Source of the DNA: Octopus sinensis | Taxonomy: Eukaryota | DNA length: 64,000 nucleotides | Assembly: GCF_006345805.1 (NCBI RefSeq) | Contig: NC_043011.1 | Coordinates: 61,392,464-61,456,463 of the forward strand | Reading direction: 5' to 3' | Part shown: piece after piece, positions 12,566-25,126 of the stretch | Position numbering within the stretch: position 1 is the stretch's first letter | Layout: each line of letters opens with the position of its first letter | Program-made: the position numbers and the translations under genes | Notes under the pieces: model-generated | Told to the model about the DNA's origin: nothing | What the model saw: only the letters and a program-made list of their open reading frames with translations | Databases searched by the model: none

Positions 12566-12894
12566 TACAGGTACCAGCTTGTCCAATGAATGACCATGGG
12601 ACTGCACCTAAAATTTACCCTCCGAGGCACAAGTCAGGGCAAGATTATTTGTGGAAGGCTAGCAGTCGCCTATGCATACCGGCCTCCCCTCTCCACACCA
12701 CTGATGTTATCCAAAGGAAAGGCAAAGGGGCCGATACAGATTGGCACCAGTGATGTCGCAACTCATTTCTACAGCTGAGTTAACTGGAGCAACGTGAAAT
12801 AAAGTGTCTTGCTCAAAAACACAACACACAGCCCAGTCCAGGAATCGAACTCACAACCTCACGATCGTAAGCTCTACGCTCTAGCCATGCGCTT
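12566..12894 (-). mobile_element. SINE family A, near full length
   Basis: tRNA-like head (GAGTTCGATTCC B-box on the minus strand), TTGAGCAAGACACT central motif, long tail. Confidence 0.85.
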
Positions 12895-12914
12895 TCACAT
12901 TAAGAAAAAGAAGG

Positions 12915-13046
12915 GGGAGGAGGAGGAATAGGAGGATGAGAAGAAGAAGAAGAAGAAGAAGAAGAAGATGATGAAGAAGAAGAAGTAGAAGAAGAAGAAG
13001 AAGAAGAAGAAGAAGAAGAAGAAGAAGAAGAAGAAGAAGAAGAAGA
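12915..13046. repeat. (GGA)n/(AAG)n
   Basis: Direct read. Confidence 0.95.
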
Positions 13047-14374
13047 ATCGTTCTAATATTGTTATAAGGCCAACTATTTTAAGAAAAGCGATTATTCGAC
13101 CCGTGTACTTGACTAGCTGCTGCTAAAGTTTCTGCTCGCGGCGATGTGGCACTCTCGCAAAAAGTCAGAACCATTTTGTTATTGTGATACAAGAAAAGGT
13201 CGACCTTTAGGAGAGCACTATTTAAATGAACATGACTTGTAAGCATTCGACAAAGGAACGTGAACATATTATTTCAATAGAGAAGCAGATATTTTCTTTG
13301 AGAATTTCAAGGAGAACGTTTATCTGAAAAAAAATAATATTCGTGGTAGAGCTTCTCCTGCTAATGTGTCATATGCATTCACTGCTGGCTATTTGTCTCA
13401 ATATCTATAAACGTAGGAAACCATTTAAGAAAAAAAAAAACGAAAATATTGTATTTTTGTTGGAAATGAAATTCAAAACGAAAGATTTAATGACGAAAAA
13501 CAAGAATATTATTTGTAAAAAACATAAAAATGTAAAACGAAAGAAAGAGAAAGCAGATACTTTTTGCGTTTGAGCTTATATTTTAGTTAGAATGTTGAAA
13601 TACAGCTCAATTGACAAGAGAAACGAAGATTGTAAAATGAGAGAAAAGCGCAGGTAAAACATGAAAAGAAAGCAATTCTAGTGAAAAGCATGAACAAATA
13701 TAATCATTCCGTTGTCAGTTTCGTCTCCTTCCTTGTCATTCATTGTTCCTAGTTGAGCTGTATATAATTAGTTTCTGGTTGCAAACAATACACTAACGCA
13801 GAAGATGCGAGAACATATTGATATGATAAATATATTAGACAGTTCTAGCTGAAAGAAATATTTTTTAATGATATGAACAAAAGTATTTAAGAATCCTTTT
13901 TTTTTATATTATTATTTTATGCGTTTAATTTTGATTATCTTTCATTCCGTCTGTTTTTTCAAAAAGCGCGAAAAGAAAATAGCGTGGCCATTAATTAAAA
14001 AGCCGTGTACGAGTTGAACTTCGATATTTCAAAGAAGGATTAAAGGACTGACGTGGCCAAATTGTTAAAGCATCGAGTGGAACGTTTCGTGGCATTTATT
14101 TCAGTTCTCTGCGTTCAATATCCGTCGGTACCTAAAATAAATAGAGTACTATTTAGTTAGTGGAATCAATTTCTAACCTTCTCTCTCTGAAACAGCAACG
14201 TGGAGGAGTGAAAGGCATGTAGTTTTATAGTTCGGTTTCACGCATTTTTTCTTTTCGAAAACGGTTGACTCGACCTGTAAGAAAGAATGGCAGATTCAAA
14301 GCACAAGGTTTATATCATTTCTAGCATGCCTTCTACTCACAAGAACAACAATATTTAAGAGATGAGAGTTAATG

Positions 14375-14735
14375 GATTGCATCGACCCCAGAGGGATGTA
14401 AGGCATAGTTAGCATCGGTGGGGTTTGACCTCACAACGTAGAGAAAGGAATGATGCCGCTGAGGATTCCTTCGGACGTTTCAACAATTCCGAAGGCTCTC
14501 TGATTTTCTCCGCTTTTATAATCCTTCCTACTCTATGCACAACGCCGGAGATTTCATATGCGTAATTGCTAGTCAATTACATCGACTCCGATGCTCATCT
14601 TGTACTTAATTCATCGATACCGAAAGATGAAAGGCAAAGTCAGCCACGGCAAGATTTGAACTCAGAACATAATGACGGACGAAATGCTGCTAATCATTTG
14701 TCCGGCGTTCTAACGATTCTGCCATCTTGCCACCT
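14375..14735 (-). mobile_element. Two adjacent degenerate SINE family B copies
   Basis: ATCGACCCCAG..TTTGACCTCACAACGTA and GAAAGATGAAAGGCAAAGTCAGCCACGGCAAGATTTGAACTCAGAAC. Confidence 0.7.
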
Positions 14736-14839
14736 TTTCGTCGCCTTAGTAACAATAGCTAAAGCGGCCAACTGGCAGAATCGTAACCACGCCGGGCAAC
14801 ATACACACATCAACACGCAAACATCTGCACGTGTATGTT

Positions 14840-15480
14840 GATGGCATACAACGCCCCAAAGAGGATATTCCAGCTTCGCCCATGTGGGACAAGGGTAACT
14901 GTTTAGAAGTTGATGCTAGAATGGCGTTTCTGATAGTGTGAAAGATTTTGGGATCGCAAGTTGGGCAGCCCATAGCTAGTAAAGTGCTGCTTTGTCACAA
15001 TCTATTATCTTTATTGGTGTAAGTGGATCAGGATCTATGCTAGCAGCAGATTCAAAACCGTCGCAGCAAACAACAAAAGAAACCAACGCCAAAACTAAAA
15101 GACTGAAGTAATTAGACAACATGTGACCAGATTCTAAGGAAGCCTCAGGATGTCAGACACGCTGGAAAGGCAGCTACGATAAATAACGAGCTCGAAAGAT
15201 ACAACGTAGACAGTAAATGAGAGCGGCAGGAATAGGCGCAGAAAGAAGACAGACTACATGTTAGAGGTTGTAGTTGTTTAGAAGAGTCTGAGGAGTCAAG
15301 AGAGGCTGAAGTTAGATTCACAGTGAAGTAACAGTCTACTGAGTACAGTTTAACTTGACAACAAAGGCCAAGAGCGGTTTCTGGTTCTGTGACACGAATG
15401 CCACAGCTGGACAAAATACTGAGGATATTCAAAGGGAGACTGTAGAAGAGAATATCAAGGGAATGCAGGAAGATATTAAG
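14840..15480 (+). mobile_element. RTE-clade LINE 5' fragment (APE endonuclease N-terminus), decayed
   Basis: 15146-15210 translates QDVRHAGKAATINNELERYNVD, resembling RKTAVINNELxRxNVDIAAL. About 15385-15445 translates CDTNATAGQNTEDIQRETV, resembling GDFNAxVG. Boundaries approximate. Confidence 0.55.
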
Positions 15481-15629
15481 ATGAGACCCAGACCAACTCA
15501 GAGCGAAACATTCTCTCAGACATTGAAATCCCTCACACATCAAGTAATTATAAATAATAAACAACAGATGTAGAAATGGGTAGAACATCACTCAATTCTC
15601 TGCTCTAAATGGAGCACTATGTTTCACCG

Positions 15630-15743
15630 ACTGATTGATTGATTGATAGATAGATAGATAGACAGACAGACAGGCAGACAGATAGATAGATAGATACATA
15701 CATACATACATACATACATACATACATACATAGACAGATAGAG

Positions 15744-15783
<40 letters not shown>

Positions 15784-15784
15784 G

Positions 15785-15838
<54 letters not shown>

Positions 15839-15975
15839 CAGATAGATAGATCTATATATAGACAGATATATAGATAGACACACATCCACACACACACACA
15901 CACATACACACACACATACACACACACACATATATATATATATATAAAGAGAAAGAAAGAGAGAGAGAGAGAGAG
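15630..15975. repeat. (GATA)n/(CATA)n/(CA)n/(GA)n compound microsatellite
   Basis: Direct read. Confidence 0.95.
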
Positions 15976-16738
15976 TAGTTCTGAACTAGCGAAACCCAAT
16001 GTCAGGTAAAGAGCGTATCTTTAGAGTACCAAGAAATATAGTCCTTTCGGAGCAGGTAATCAGGACATTTCTCTGTATCTTTGATGATTTGTGTTTCATT
16101 CAAGAGATATCGGCCGCAAATATTATTAAAAGATGATCTTTATCCATCAATAAACCCCCGAGAATGGGGTCACACAGTAGTTACCTAATTTATTATAGGG
16201 AACAGAAAGCTTTGTTTCATTTAAGGTAATGTGGCTACAAAGATAAGCAGCAAATATTAATGTTAAGCAGCGTGTCTCAATTAAGGTAGCAAAATATCAG
16301 TAGAAGTGTGTTTTCAAGGTTGTCGATTGTTCTACCATAACACTGCAAAGAGAAGATAATGAACGTTGTGACGTCCATAGCGAAAATCAATGATGTACGT
16401 CGTGATGTTCGTTATGAAAATCAATCTCATGAAATTTTCAATTATGATAATTGCCAATATATTGGAGTCTCTAAGGCTTGCTAAAGAATGTTTGTTTTCG
16501 ATACAACAAAGACAGTCTCCCGTTGAATATTTGCCGATACATTTGTATGGTCAACAAATGATCGTGTTTGATGTAAATCATGAATGAGAGGCTCTTGATT
16601 GTAATCAGTTAACAAAACGTAGAGCTCGGTTTAAGAAAAAGGGATTAGCATGTTTATGTTGTTAAGAAGTTCGCTTGTCAGTTACGTGTATGTGTATGAT
16701 TGTGTCTGTGTGTCTGTGTAAGTATAAATGTTTGCATG

Positions 16739-16794
<56 letters not shown>

Positions 16795-17020
16795 TATGTA
16801 TATGTTTGTCTTCGTGTTTGCCCCTCATTGCTTCGCAACCAACGTTGGTGTGTTTACGTATCTGTAGTGTTACAGTTCGGCAAAAAGAAGGGGGAGGGAA
16901 AGTACGAAACTTTTTTTAAAAAAGAAAAGAAAAACACCGGTGTTGATTTGTTCGACTAAACCCTTCCACGTGGTGTCCCAACATGGCTGCAGTCCATGTT
17001 CAGATTGAAACAAGTACAGA
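16795..17020 (+). mobile_element. SINE family C 3' portion, diverged
   Basis: CATTGCTTCGCAACCAACGTTGGTGTGTTTACG..GTTGATTTGTTCGACTAAA..CATGGCTGCAGTC..TTGAAACAAGTA. Confidence 0.7.
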
Positions 17021-17418
17021 AGTAAATTAGCAACAGAGGATCGCCTAAGGCAACGATCTTTCGCAATGTTACGTTTATTCTAATAATTCTAAACGCTGTC
17101 AGAGGAAACAGAGGTGATATGAATCCTGCATCAATGGATGAATTCATGGAGTACATCTTTCACAGGGAAACATTTCAACATAACCTGTTGCTACAAACTA
17201 TAATAATGTGATTTCACTCAACTCTATTCTACGTAAAAATATTAAGGACATTATATCAGGAAGAATATTTTAATCATACCATAATGTTAAATCATTGATA
17301 AAATAATCAAAAATGGGAGAATGCATCTGTGGGAAATGATCTACGTATTCGTAAGAATAGTTCATGTAGACTTTTCACAAAACACTACACATTTTTTTCT
17401 CTTTCAAGACCATTTCAG

Positions 17419-17490
17419 TTGAATGTGTCTCCTACTCATCGTTTTGAAGATTGTAAGCATGAAAGAATACTAGCATATATATTTGATGAA
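17419..17490 (+). CDS. Candidate 72-bp phase-0 internal exon (LNVSPTHRFEDCKHERILAYIFDE), unverified
   Basis: Pyrimidine tract TTTTTTTCTCTTTC..TTTCAG acceptor and GAA|GTAAGT donor; only one frame is open. No protein family recognised. Confidence 0.2.
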
Positions 17491-17974
17491 GTAAGTTTGG
17501 AATATGCTGTAAATGATCTCTTAACTGTTTTGGACTATGAGATCACTTGCTGTGATCAAGGCAGAATACTTTTTGCTCAAATTATTATGTCCCAGTTTAT
17601 GAAGACGAAACTCATCTGCATGTGGAAAATATCTACAATTTGTATATTCACTTGGTAAATGATGAAGATGAAATCCAATTCGAAATCATTAGTAGAACAA
17701 TAGACAGTAATGGGGGTTAAGAGCTATGTTTCACTGCGCAGTCAAAATTCAATGGAGGGACTGATACCTACAAATCCAAACTCATTTTGCGAAGTATCTT
17801 TTAGTACGGAGGGGCGGCATTGTGCAAGACCTTTTACAAGGCTCCGAGACTGATGGAAAGGTAGGATAAAGGAAAGTTTCCTCAAACTAAGATAGAGTCG
17901 ACTAAAGGCACTTAATGAATAAACCGTTGATGTTAAACTGGGTGACTGATTAAGTATACCCTCAAGTAAGCCGT

Positions 17975-18190
17975 AATGGGATTTGAACTCAGAGCATAAA
18001 GAACCTGAACAAATACGGCAGGATAACCAGTCTGGCGTTCTTGCAATTCCATCAATTCACCGCCCTCTATCGACGGCCCAAAATATGAAAAGGCCTAGTT
18101 GACCTTTGCGGGATTTGAACTCAGAGCGCAAAGAGCCAGAACAAATAATGAGGAATTTTATTTGACACTTTAATGACTCTGCCAGTGAGC
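17975..18190 (-). mobile_element. Two SINE family B head fragments
   Basis: GGGATTTGAACTCAGAGC occurs at about 17979 and about 18110. Confidence 0.65.
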
Positions 18191-18765
18191 TGCGATGCTC
18201 ACTTCATTGTTTGTAATGAGTTACCCATGCATCACTGCCAGATGCTTCAATCCCAGCACTGACACTGACAAATGTGATGTATAATCGGCCTTTATTTGAT
18301 GCAGATTGCTATTCTAGGAGCTGAGGAGATTTTTAGTTAAATTCTTCCAGAAATAAGGATGGCTGCAGCAGTCTTCCATTATTAACATAGGCTGGAAAAA
18401 ATTCTGCGTTTTGATCTCTTGTGGTTTATCTGTTCCACTAATATGAGAGATCGAATTTGTCTCTGCACATGTCCTACAAAATCTCATACACTTGCGAGCA
18501 CCATGCTAATTGACTGTTGCGGTCTGACGCGAGAGGAATTCTTTTTTATATTTAATTACTTTATATAAGGATTGTATTGGAATTTTTTCTCTTATATCAA
18601 CTCAATACCAAAAGAAGGAAACATTTAACATGTCTGAAAAAAAATTAAAGAATAATTTAGGCAACATGCATTGGTTATCATTCTGAACCATTTTCGCTGC
18701 GATGGAATGATGTATTTCAATATGCAATATATATATATATATATGTGTTTGTGTGTGTGCATCTG

Positions 18766-18840
<75 letters not shown>

Positions 18841-18841
18841 T

Positions 18842-19300
18842 ACATTAGAGATAAAACCACTATTAGGCAAATCAAACAGTGAAAAACATAAACCAAAACA
18901 TAGAAATAAAATTAATTAATATAATATAGAAAATATATAAAATATGAAATCCAAAATTTAAATTGTTTAAATTTAAAGTTGAAATTTTTAAAAATGTTTA
19001 AATTATTAATTTATACTTATGAATTTTTATATATATATTATATATATATATATATATTATTGTTTTTATTTTTATTTTATTTTATTTTTTATCTTTTCAT
19101 TTTTTTAATTATATATTTATTCAACTAATTAATTTTTTAAAAATATACATAGCTATCAAAAAGTATGAAAAAGTGTAATATAGGATAAAAAGTAAAACCA
19201 CTACAATCGTTTCATGCCCAAAACCTAATTCGAATAATTTAAATTCAATTAATAATTCGAATTACGGTTATAGTCAATTTTCAGGTTAATGATAATATTT
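18842..19300 (-). mobile_element. PLE-type terminal repeat (left arm) with degenerate HHR
   Basis: Reverse complement matches 23375-23635 and 47040-47290. HHR-like CTGAAAA (19284-19278) .. GAAAC GATT GTA (19213-19202). Confidence 0.6.
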
Positions 19301-19415
19301 AAATAAATAATCAAATATATTTTAACAATATTTATTTTTTATAAGAAATAAATAAAATAATAATTTTTCTTATGAAGAACTGTATTATAAAACTAGAAAC
19401 TTTAACGATTATGAT

Positions 19416-19671
19416 TATGTCATACAATCGATTTTAATGTTAAATATTAATTTTTAAGTATTAAGTTTTAAGGTAAGAAACCCACAATAATCTAATCTCA
19501 GTTATAGTCAATATCTAATTAACAAAAAAAAAAAATAATATTAATATATTTTTTTGTTAAATATTTAGGTAATTAGATATTGACTATAACTGAGATTAGA
19601 TTATTGTGGGTTACCTTAAAAATTAATACTTAAAAATTTATATTTAACATTATAATCGATTGTATGACATA
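19416..19671. repeat. Inverted repeat, arms about 105 bp, 48-bp AT-rich loop
   Basis: TATGTCATACAATCGATT..ATATCTAATTA (19416-19521) versus TAATTAGATAT..AATCGATTGTATGACATA (19570-19671). Confidence 0.9.
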
Positions 19672-22600
19672 GAGGGGGATTGTATGACAAAGAGGGGGAC
19701 TTGAGAGGTGAAAGGGAAGTAGGAGAGGAAGGAATGTTGAACATACAAGAGGGAGATTTGAGAGGAGAAGGGGGAAGAAGGAGAGGAAGGAATGTTGAAC
19801 ATAACAGAGGGGGATTTGAGAGGGGAAGGGGACGAAAGGGAGGAAGGAATGTTAAACATTCCAGAGGGGGGATTTGAAACGGGAGGGAGAGGAAGGGGAT
19901 GAAGGAATGTTAAACATTCCAGAGAGGGCTACTTGAGAGTGAGAGAGAGGATGGGGAGGAAAGAATGCTGAAAACTCCAGAGAGGGGGATTTGAGAAGGG
20001 AGAGGGAGGAAAGGAATGAAGGAACGTGAAACAATGAAGAGAGGGGGATTTAAGAGGGGAAGGAAAGGAAGGGGAAGGAAGAGTCCTGAACATTCCAGAG
20101 AGGATGAATTAAGAGAGGAAGGGGATGAAGTGGAGGAAAGATTGCTGAACATTCCAGAGAGGGGGATTTGAGAGGGGAAGGGATGGAAGGGTACTAAAAA
20201 TTTTGAAAATTCCAGGGACGGGAGATTTGAGAAGTGAAGGGTTGGAAGGGGCGGAATGAATGCTGAAAATTCCAAAGAGGTGAAGGGGAGGAAAAGGAGG
20301 AAAGAATGATGAACATTCCAGAGAGGGGGATTCGAGATTTGAAGGGGAGGAAGCGGAGGAAGGAATGTTAAACATTCCAGAGAGGGCGTTTTGAGAGTTG
20401 AAGGAGAGGATGGGGAGGAAAGAATGATAAACATTCCAGAGAGGGGGATTTGAGAGTGGAAGGGGAGGAAGGGAGGAAAGAATTCTACACATTCCAGAGA
20501 GGAGGATTTGACAGTGGAAGGGGAGGAAGGGGTGGAAGGGGAGGAAAGAATGCTAAACATTCCAGAGAGGGGGATTTGAGAGTGGAAGGGGAGGAAGGGG
20601 AGGAAAGAATGTTAAACATTCCAGAGAGAGGGATTTGAGAGGTGAAGGGGAAGAAGGGGAGGAAGGAATGTTAAACATTCCGGAGAGGAGGATTTGAGAG
20701 TTGAAGGGGAGGAAGGGAGGAAAGAATGTTATACATTCCAGAGAGGGGGATTTGAGAGTGAAAAGGGAGGATGGGGAGGAAAGAATGCTAAACATTCCAG
20801 AGAGGAGGATTTAACAGTTGAAGGGGAGGGAAAATGATGAACATTCCAGAGAGGGGCATTTGAGACTTGAAAGGGAGGAAGTGGAGGAAAGAATGCTAAA
20901 CATTCCAGAGAGGGGGATTTGAGAGTGGAAGGGGAGGAAGGGGAGGACATAATGTTAAACATTCCAGAGAGGGGGATTTGAGAGTTGAAGGGGAGGAAGG
21001 GGAGGAAAGAATGTTAAACATTCCAGAGTGGAGGATTTAACAGTTGAAGGGGAGGAAGGGGAGGAAAGAATGCTAAACATTCCAGAGAGGAGGATTTAAC
21101 AGTTAAAGGGGAGGAAAGGGAGGAAGGAATGCAAAACATTCCAGAGAGGGGGAATTGAGAGTTGAAGGGGAGGAAGGGGGAGGAAAGAATGCTAAACATT
21201 CCAGAGAGGGGGATTTGAGAGTGGAAGGGGAGGAAGGGGAGGAAAGAATGTTAAACATTCCAGAGAGGAGGATTTGAGAGTTGAAGGGGAGGAAGGGGAG
21301 GAAAGAATGTTAAACATTCCAGAGAGGGGGATTTGAGAGTTGAAGGGGAGGAAGGGGAGGAAAGAATGTTAAACATTCCAGAGGGGAGGATTTAACAGTT
21401 GAAGGGGAGGAAGGGGAGGAAAGAATGCTAAACATTCCAGAGAGGAGGATTTAACAGTTCAAGGGGAGGAAGGGGAGGAAGGAATGCAAAATATTCCAGA
21501 GAGGGGGAATTGAGAGTTGAAGGGGGGAAGGGGAGGAAAGAATGCTAAACATTCCAGAGAGGGGGATTTGAGAGTTGAAGGGGAGGAAGGGGAGGAAGGA
21601 ATGTTAAACATTCCAGAGAGGGGGATTTGAGAGTTGAAGGGGAGGAAGGAAGGGGAGGAAAGAATGTTAAACATTCCAGAAGGGAGGATTTAACAGTTGA
21701 AGGGGAGGAAGGAATGTTAAACATTCCAGAGAGGGTTATTTGAGAGTTGAAGGGGAGGAAGGGGAGGAAGGAATGTTAAACATTCCAGAGGGGAGGATTT
21801 AACAGTTGAAGGGGAGGAATGGGAGGAAAGAATCTTAAACATTCCAGAGGGGAGGAAGGGGAATCTTAAACATTCCAGTTGAAGGGGAGGAAGGGGAGGA
21901 AAGAATGCTAAACATTCCATAGAGGCAGATTTAACAGTTGAAGGGGAAGAAGGTGAGGAAAGAATGCTAAACATTCCAGAGAGGGGGATTTGAGAGTGGA
22001 AGGGGAGGAAGGGGAGTAAAAATGATGATCATTCCAGGGAGGGGCATTTGAGAGTTGAAGTGTAGGAAGGGGAGGAAAGAATGCAAAACATTCCAGAGAG
22101 GGGGATTTGAGAGTGGAAGGGCAGGAAGAGGAGGAAAGAATGCTAAAAATTCCAGAGAGGGGGATTTGAGCGTGGAAGGGGAGGAAGAGTTGGAAAGAAT
22201 GCTAAACATTCCAGAGACGGCGATTTGAGATTGGAAGGTGAGGAATGGGAGGAAATAATGTTAAACATTCCAGAGAGGGGGATTTGAGAGTTGAAGGGCA
22301 GGAAGGGGAGGAAAGAATGCTATACATTCCAGAGAGGAGGATTTAACAGTTGAAGGGGGAGGAAGATGAAGAATGAATGCTAAACATTCCAGACAGCGGG
22401 ATTTGAGAGTGGAAGGGGAGGAAGGGGAGGAAAAATGATGAACATTCCAGAGAGGGTCATTTGAGAGTTGAAGAGGAGGAAGTGGAGGAAAGAATGCTAA
22501 ACAATCCAGAGAGGGGGATTTGAGAGTGGAAGGGGAGAAAGGGGAGGAAAGAATGCTAAACATTCCAGAGAGGGGGATTTGAGAGTGAAAAGGGAGGAAG

Positions 22601-23369
22601 GGGAGGAAAGAATGCTAAACATTCCAGAGAGGAGGATTTAACAGTTGAAGGGGAGGAAGGGGAGGGAAAATGATGAACATTCCAGGGAGGGGCATTTGAG
22701 ACTTGAAAGGGAGGAAGTGGAGGAAAGAATGCTAGACATTCCAGAGAGGAGGATTTGAGAGTGGAAGGGGAGGAAATAATGTTAAACATTCCAGAGAGGG
22801 GGATTTGAGAGTTGAAGGGGAGGAAGGGGAGGAAGGAATGTTAAACATTCCAGAGTGGGGATTTGAGAGTTGAAGGGGAGGAAGGGGAGGAAAGAATGTT
22901 AAACATTCCAGAGAGGAGGATTTAACAGTTGAAGGGGAGGAAGGGGAGGAAAGAATGCTAAACATTCCAGAGAGGGGGATTTGAGAGTGAAAAGGGAGGA
23001 AGGGGAGGAAAGAATGCTAAACATTCCAGAGAGAGGGATTTGAGTGTTGAAGGGGAGGAACGGGTGGAAAGAATGCTAAACATTCCAGAGAGGGGGGTTT
23101 AGAAGGGAATGGGAGGAAGGTGGGGAAATTATGATGAACATTCAAGTGACGGGGATTTGAGATGTGAAGGGGAGAAAGAGGAGGAAGGAATGTTAAATAT
23201 TCCCGAGAGGGGAATTTGAGAGTTGAAGGGGAGGAAGGGGAGGAAGGAATTCTAAACATTCCAGATAGGGGGATTTAACAGTTGAAGGGGAGGAAGGGTA
23301 AGAAGGACTGTTAAACATTCCAGAGAGGGCGATTTGAGAGTTGAAGGGGAGGAAAGAATGTTAAACATT
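19672..23369 (+). repeat. Purine-rich minisatellite, about 59-bp unit, roughly 60 copies
   Basis: Consensus AAAGAATGTTAAACATTCCAGAGAGGGGGATTTGAGAGTTGAAGGGGAGGAAGGGGAGG; the register shifts by 1 base per 60-bp line at 21241-21421. Confidence 0.95.
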
Positions 23370-23725
23370 TAGTTTATTAATTAAATAAATATATAATAGA
23401 AAACAATTTTTTTTAATAATAGTAAAAATAAATATAATATATATCTATAAAAATTTATAAGAATAAATTAATAATTTTAAATTAAAAAAAAACTTTAACT
23501 TTAAATTTAAATAATTTATTTTGAATTTTATATTTTATATGTTTTGCATATTATATTAATTAATTTTATTTCTATATTTTGCTTTATGTTTTTCACTGTT
23601 TGATTTGCCTAATAGTGGTTTTATCTCTAATTTAATATATATATTTATACTGTAAAATTAGATTTAATCCTAAATCTAACATTTTCCTGTTAGTTTTGAT
23701 TTACTCCCTAATATTGTTATTATAT
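23370..23725 (+). mobile_element. PLE-type terminal repeat tail (right arm)
   Basis: TTTTTCACTGTTTGATTTGCCTAATAGTGGTTTTATCTCTAAT..GATTTAATCCTAAATC; inverted copy of 18842-19140 and related to 47160-47350. Confidence 0.65.
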
Positions 23726-23733
23726 ATATTTAT

Positions 23734-23764
<31 letters not shown>

Positions 23765-24884
23765 CTTCTGGAAAGAATATTCTTAAAATGAAAGTGTTCG
23801 CTCTGTTGCTGTTGGCGACCAAGCAGCGCTGTATTCAGCAGACCTACTTAATTCTTTGAACATCAGTCACATGTCAGTTCACATTACCAATGCGGACGCT
23901 AGTAAATCTTGACCACAGAAACCAGCCATTTCAGCAATATATGCTATAGACATTTATCTGCAAATGACACTGACAAATGCAAGTAAAATAACTGGTTTTG
24001 ACGTCGGGCGTGTTTTTCTAATTCTCTAATTCTCCGTATCAACCTGAAGTTATCAGATATAGATTTCTCATTTAATTTAAAACATCCTTTTTCTGTCAAA
24101 CCCGCATTTGCCGCGGAATGCTATTAACCGAAAGCTCTGAGCAAATCTCATTAAAATCTGACATTAACCTCCTTACAACATTGCTCACAAATAATCATAC
24201 GCGTTGCTCTCTGTAGACTTTGGAGGTGATTTTCGCCTGTGTAATTAGGCTTAATTACAAGACGTTAGGAATCTTCCTATGTAGGAAATGGAGAATGTAC
24301 AAAAAATGTCGCGTATTCAAAAGATGGTTTGAATTTGCAAATTTTGCGTTAGTAGAACAGTGTGTTGTCTGGAGAAATATAATACGGTAAAATATATTTC
24401 GTTTTATTAATATTTCGGTTTGTTAAACGACTATTACATTTTCAGTCTGCGTTAATTTTCTTCTTTTGTTCTATCTTTAAAGTTTTCCTCTATTTCGATG
24501 AACATATATTTTTACTGTTTTAATTAAGACAGCAAACGTGTACATGTATATAAATGCATACATACTCATAGCAGACATATGCGTGTATGTGTATAAAACA
24601 TATATGTTATATAATATGAAAATGCAATATTTATAATTATATATTAAAGCGTTAAGCTTGTATCTTATTTATCAAACCCTGTTGGTCTTGAAATTTTATT
24701 CTGTTTCCTTTCTCTATATATGTTTCTATGTGAGTTAGAGGAATAGAAACCGACTAAGGGATAGTACCTATCCAATATAATGCTGGTAGCGTATCCAGTT
24801 ATTCATAACCAAGTGCTAGTTATTGCATGGCAATCTCGCAATTGAGTATTGTATATTGGAGGGGGTAAAATTCGTTTACCCTTG

Positions 24885-24943
<59 letters not shown>

Positions 24944-25046
24944 CATATATTTATATATACACAAATATACTTACACTATATATAATATATATAATATACA
25001 TGCATATACATACATACATACATACATGCATACATACATACATACA

Positions 25047-25104
<58 letters not shown>

Positions 25105-25125
25105 ATATATTATATATATATATAT
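24885..25125. repeat. (TA)n/(CATA)n
   Basis: Direct read. Confidence 0.95.
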
Positions 25126-25126
25126 G

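Noticed and set aside
19910-23259. Ser/Pro-rich ORFs on the minus strand of the satellite
   Set aside because: The 59-bp unit is not a multiple of 3, frames break constantly, and the openness reflects base composition.
19672-23369. CRISPR-like array (palindromic repeat at regular spacing)
   Set aside because: The intervening sequence is itself repeated, so there are no unique spacers; no cas genes; eukaryotic context.
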